This document shows positions 59,167-64,000 of a stretch of 64,000 nt of DNA, one piece after another. The notes beneath the pieces are model-generated. The model was not told the origin of the DNA. It made no database searches and saw nothing but the letters and a program-made list of their open reading frames with translations. This DNA is from Basidiobolus meristosporus CBS 931.73 (taxonomy: Eukaryota > Fungi > Basidiobolomycota): NCBI GenBank assembly GCA_002104905.1, contig MCFE01000259.1, positions 46,919-110,918 of the forward strand, given 5' to 3'. Positions within the stretch are counted from its first letter, which is position 1; each line of letters begins with the position of its first letter. A program made the translations under genes and the position numbers.

Positions 59167-62100
59167 TGTTGAAATATTGGACTATTTGGTATCATTCAGC
59201 AGCTAAAAATTTACTTAACAATTATAGACTAGTCTTAGTCACTGTAGGACTCATTTACTGCCTTAACTTTGCCACTTTCTCCAGATATATGATCTTATGA
59301 TTATTCCCCTATAGTCAGGATCAAATTAGCACTATTACCAATCATTATGTACTAACCCTGAAACTGTTACAGAATGCTCCTGAATATTGAGAAACCCTCC
59401 CTACTTAGTGTTGCAGCTGTATTACTTCTACAAAGGTATAAATACTGAGCTTCTTTATGAATAAACAACAGTTCAACCATGATCACTACTTCTTGAAAAG
59501 CTCCTTATATCCAAATCACTTCTTAAATTGCAACAGGTTATGAGCCCCATTTGCCTTAATCTATTCTAAAGATGACTTCTACCAGCAAACAAAGCAATAC
59601 CAACATCTTCCCTGTAAAGGAGAGGTTTGATGGGAAGAACTACAGACTTTGGAGAATCAAGATGCAGATCCACCTTGAGGAAAGAAAGCTTTGGAACATA
59701 GTAACAGGAGAGGAAGTTGAGCCCAAAGGAACAGCAGAAGATGTGGAGATGTTTCAAGAGAAGGAGAGAAAGGCCTTCAATGCCATATGCATCAATATGC
59801 AAGACTCCTTCATTGGACAAATCCATGCCTCAAATACTGCCAAAGCAGCATGGGAATCCTTAGAGAAGATCTTTAGAGCAAAGTCAGTATCAAGCAAGCT
59901 TTATTTGAAACAAACGTTCTTCAACATGAGGAAGAAGCCAGATGATGACATGCTACAACTCATTACCAAAATGGAGACACTTGCAGAAGAACTCTACAGT
60001 ATTAATGCAGGTGTAGATGATGAAGAAAAGATACTCTGTCTGCTTTGCAGCCTACCAGACAAGTATGAGCCACTCATACTTTCTTTCAAAAGCAGAGAAG
60101 ACAGCTTGACTTTAGAATATGTCAAAGGAAGACTTCTTCATGAAGAACTCAGATGTAATGATCAAGCAGAGAAAATTGAAGATAATGCTTTATTCGGTTC
60201 AAAAAGGCATACAGAAAAGAAGGGAAAGCAACAAAAACAAAGAAAACCTGGCTGCTGTAACTACTGTAAAAAGCTAGGACACTGGGCAAGAGAATGCAAG
60301 AAGAAACAAGCCAACAAAAAACAGAAACTAGAGCAGGCAAACCATATAACTACTGATGAACAGTTATTTGTAACTGTACAAGAGAGTACAAGTAACTAAA
60401 GTTATGAATGGTATATTGACTCTGGAGCATCACAGCATATTTGTGGTATAAAGGATTGGTTCAGCAACTTAAAGACTATTCCCGTAAGAAAGGTTTATCT
60501 GAGAGATAACTCTGCATTGAAAGCTACCACCAGTGGGTCTATACAACTAAATATGAGTGATAACTCAGGGGCAACAACAGCAAAACTGACTGACGTACTC
60601 TATGTACCTGGAATAGCTAAGAGCTTACTCTCAGTCAGTAAAGCAACTACTCAGGGACTGAAATCTGTTTTTACTAAGCTGAGCTGCTCAATATTGAGTG
60701 AAAATGGATAAAAATTAGCTTTGGGAATCAGAGATCACAATATATACAAGTTACAATGCAAGATCATTGTACCTGAGTATGTCAGCATTACTGATACTGA
60801 TGAAACCAACTGGGAGACGTGGCATAGGAGGCTAGGACACATAGGAGAACAGAAAATGAGCCAATTGGTGAAAAATCAGCTTGTTTTGGGCCAAAAATAC
60901 TCAATTCCAATCAAATTGAATGTTTGTAAGGGATGTTCATATGGCAAACAAGCTAGGCAAGGTTTCAAGAGCTCAGAAGGCATCAATACCACCGAAATAT
61001 TGGCTATTTTACACTCAGATGTATGTGGCCCCATGAGAATACTGTCCTTTGGAGCCAAGAGATACTTTATGATGTTTATTGATGACAAGACAATATATAC
61101 ATGGGTGTACTTCCTCAAAACAAAGGATGAAGCTTTAGAGACGTTTAAGCACTTCAAGAACATGGCAGAAACACAAACTGGGTGTACATTGAAGGTACTA
61201 CAAAGTGACAATGGAGGAGAATACTGCTCAAAGGAGTTTGCAAAATACTGCTTGTCTACTGGTATACTTCAACAGACCACAGTTCCTCATACTCCACAGC
61301 AAAATGGAGTAGCAGAATGTGCAAATAGAGCAATAGTAGAGATGGGAAGATCTATGCTACATGATAAGGGAATGGACTACAAGTTTTGGGCTGAATCTGT
61401 TGCTACTGCTGTATACATCAAGAACAGTTGCCCAACAACAGCACTACGTGATTCTACGCCCTTTGAAGCATATACAGGCAAAAAACCAGATCTCCAGCAC
61501 CTCAGGATCTTTGGCAGTGATGTTTTTTATCACATCCCTGACAAAAAACACTCAAAGTTGGAACCAAAGAGTAGGAAAGGGATCTTTCTTGGGTATTGTG
61601 AAGTTACTAGAGGGTATAAAGTGTATGATGGCAAAATGCAGAAGCTGATCAAGAGCTGGGACATTGTATTTGAGGAGAATTCAGATCAGAAGCCACGGAT
61701 ATCATTGGCCAGCTGCCTGATGAAGCAATCAACACAAATGAAGAAGATACATACCAAATCCAGCCAGAGATGGAAGATACTTCTACCAGTTCCAGATCAG
61801 AACAGATTATCCCAGTTAGGAGATCTACCAGAATAAGAAATGCCCTTGGATCCTGGTGGCAGACATCCAATGATCATGAAGAAACTTATCTTGCCTTATG
61901 TGCCAAACCTCAGAATCTGGAACAGGCAATGCAAGGTCCAGATGCTACTAAGTGGCAACAAGCCATGCAGGAGGAGTACCAATTACTGATCAAGGCAAAA
62001 ATGTGGGAACTGGTAGATTTACCAAATGGGAGAAAGCCAATAGGATGTAGATGGGTCTACAAGATCAAGATAACCTCAAATGGTGCCGTTGATAAGTACA

Positions 62101-63849
62101 AGGCTAGATTGGTAGCTAAAGGCTATTCCCAGATCCAGGGACTAGACTTTAAGGAAACATTTGCTCTGGTTGCCAAGTTTAACTCTATTAGGACAGTTCT
62201 AGCCCTGGCAGCTGTTCACAGTCTAGATCTACACCAAATGGATGTCAAAACAGCCTTTCTAAATGGGGACTTGCAAGAAACTATATATATGGAGCAACCA
62301 GAAGGTTTTACCAATCCAAAAGGCCCCCATAAGGTGTGCAAACTTAGGAAATTGTTGTATGGGCTTAAGCAGGCACCCAGAGCATGGTGTAACAAGATTG
62401 ACACATATCTAGAGGAAATTGGGTTCTCTTGTAGCAATGCAGATCACAGTATATATGTGAAACAGCTCAAAAAGGGTGTGATCATCCGAGTTCTTTATGT
62501 GGATGACCTTATTATAGCTACAAGGGATCAAGAGGCACTTAAACAGACAATATCAGATCCCTTTGGCAAGTTTGAGATGAAAGATCCTGGAAAATTGAGC
62601 TATTTTCTTGGAATTGAGGTCAAATTTGACATACCTACGCAGAAAATTGTGCTGAATCAGTCTAAGTACATCAGGGACATTCTTAGACGCTTCAAAATGG
62701 AAAATTGCAAACCTGCAGTAACCCCTATGGACAACAACCTGAAATTGAGAAAATCTCAGCCAGTTATAGATGAAAATGGCTCAAATATGGACCAAAACTT
62801 TCCCTATCAATCAATGGTTGGTAGCCTGATGTACTTTATAGTGTCTACACGTCCAGATATTTCAGTAGCAGTTGGAATAGTCAGTCAATTCATGCAGAAT
62901 TATGGATCAGATCAAATTGCAGCAGTTAAGTGGATTTTCAGATATCTACAAGGTACCATAAATATGGTACTGGAATACTCTGGAGCAGCTAATAAGCAAA
63001 AATTTGATGGTTATAGTAATTCAGATTGGGGTAGGGATCTAATTGACAGACACTCTACCACAGGCTATGTATTTCTTTATGCTGGTGCAGCTATTACTTG
63101 GAATTGCAAGAAACAACCAACTGTGGCACTATCTACAACTGAAGCCAAATATATGGCTGCATGTCAAGCAACTAAGGAGGCTATATGGCTACAAAAATTA
63201 TTCAAAGACTTAGGTTTTAATTCAGGTGAACCAACATGTATTTACAAGGATAATCAATGTTGTATTTCATTAGCTAGAAATCCTACTAATCATGCCAGAA
63301 CTAAGCACATTGATATACACCATTACTTTGTGAGGGAAGCTGTAGAAAATAACTTAGTGGAGCTGGTTACTGCCCAACTGACAAAATGGTGGCAGACATA
63401 TTGACAAACCCACTAGCTAGGCCACAGTTTGAGATCCTTAGAGAGAAATTGGGATTAAGAAATTATTTAGTTGAGGGGGAGTGTTGAAATATTGGACTAT
63501 TTGGTATCATTCAGCAGCCTAAAAATTTACTTAACAGTTCTAGACTAGTCTTAGTCACTGTAGGACTCATTTACTGCCTTAACTTTGCCACTTTCTCCAG
63601 ATATATGATCTTATGATATTCCCCTATAGTCAGGATCAAATTAGCACTATTACCAATCATTATGTACTAACCCTGAAGCTGTTACAGAATGCTCCTGAAT
63701 ACTGAGAAACCCTCCCTACTTAGTGTTGCAGCTGTATTACTTCTACAAAGGTATAAACACTGAGCTTCTTTATGAATAAACAACAGTTCAACTATTATCA
63801 CTATTTCTTGATAAGTTCCTTATATCCAAATCACTTCTTAAATGCAACA
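59167..63849 (+). mobile_element. Ty1/copia family B copy 2 (full-length, defective)
   Basis: LTRs 59167-59535 and 63482-63849 (about 14 differences by eye), TSD GTTAC, PBS GGTTATGAGCCCC at 59536, PPT before 63482; colinear with B1. Confidence 0.96.
59572..63487 (+). pseudogene. Copia B2 gag-pol with stops and frameshifts
   Basis: Stops at 60397 (CGA to TAA) and 60709 (CAA to TAA), frameshifts near 61700 and 63370 relative to B1. Confidence 0.93.
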
Positions 63850-64000
63850 GTTACTGTGCTCAAGGGCTTCAATGAGGTGGAAGGTTCTTGATGGCTGGTG
63901 TCCATTTCTTCTCCAATTGCAATACTTTGCCATATGTCCCTGCTGCTTGCAATTAAAGCAAAGTCCTTTCTTCACACATACTTCTGAGACAGGATTCTTC
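63850..64000 (-). mobile_element. Old Ty3/gypsy host element, gag zinc-knuckle part (runs off the window)
   Basis: The minus strand encodes GLCFNCKQQGHMAKYC; contiguous with 59166 across the GTTAC TSD. Confidence 0.8.

Noticed and set aside
17100-64000. Classical ascomycete RIP (CpA to TpA) as the cause of TE decay
   Set aside because: A few CAA/CAG to TAA/TAG changes exist, but the dominant changes between B1 and B2 are at CpG and TpA is not conspicuously inflated; a formal context count is still needed.
1-64000. CRISPR arrays, tRNA/rRNA genes, prokaryotic operons
   Set aside because: No regularly spaced short repeats, no cloverleaf or rRNA signature seen by eye, and the genes have spliceosomal introns. 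A tRNAscan-SE/Infernal run would be needed to exclude small RNAs fully.

Overview
Eukaryotic, fungal-type genomic DNA (55-61 nt GT-AG introns with CTAAC/CTGAC branch sites); the species cannot be named from sequence alone. The window has two sharply different halves. Bases 1 to ~17,100 are CpG-rich genic DNA: a Trf4/Trf5 (TENT4/Cid14)-type non-canonical poly(A) polymerase, a Pmp3/Sna-family proteolipid with a PPSY tail, an alpha-arrestin, and between the last two a cluster of three paralogous 96-98 aa genes of a family I do not recognise (CX2CX3HX4C zinc knuckle followed by a conserved HxSxH helical region). Bases ~17,100-64,000 are a CpG-depleted island of nested transposons: two Ty1/copia families (one copy intact, 1305-aa ORF, LTRs identical by eye), several Ty3/gypsy elements, a CACTA-superfamily element with CCCTA termini and a divergent accessory gene, and a ~710-bp fold-back element in three copies. 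All alignments and counts were done by eye; no database searches were run. Boundaries of degenerate relics are approximate.
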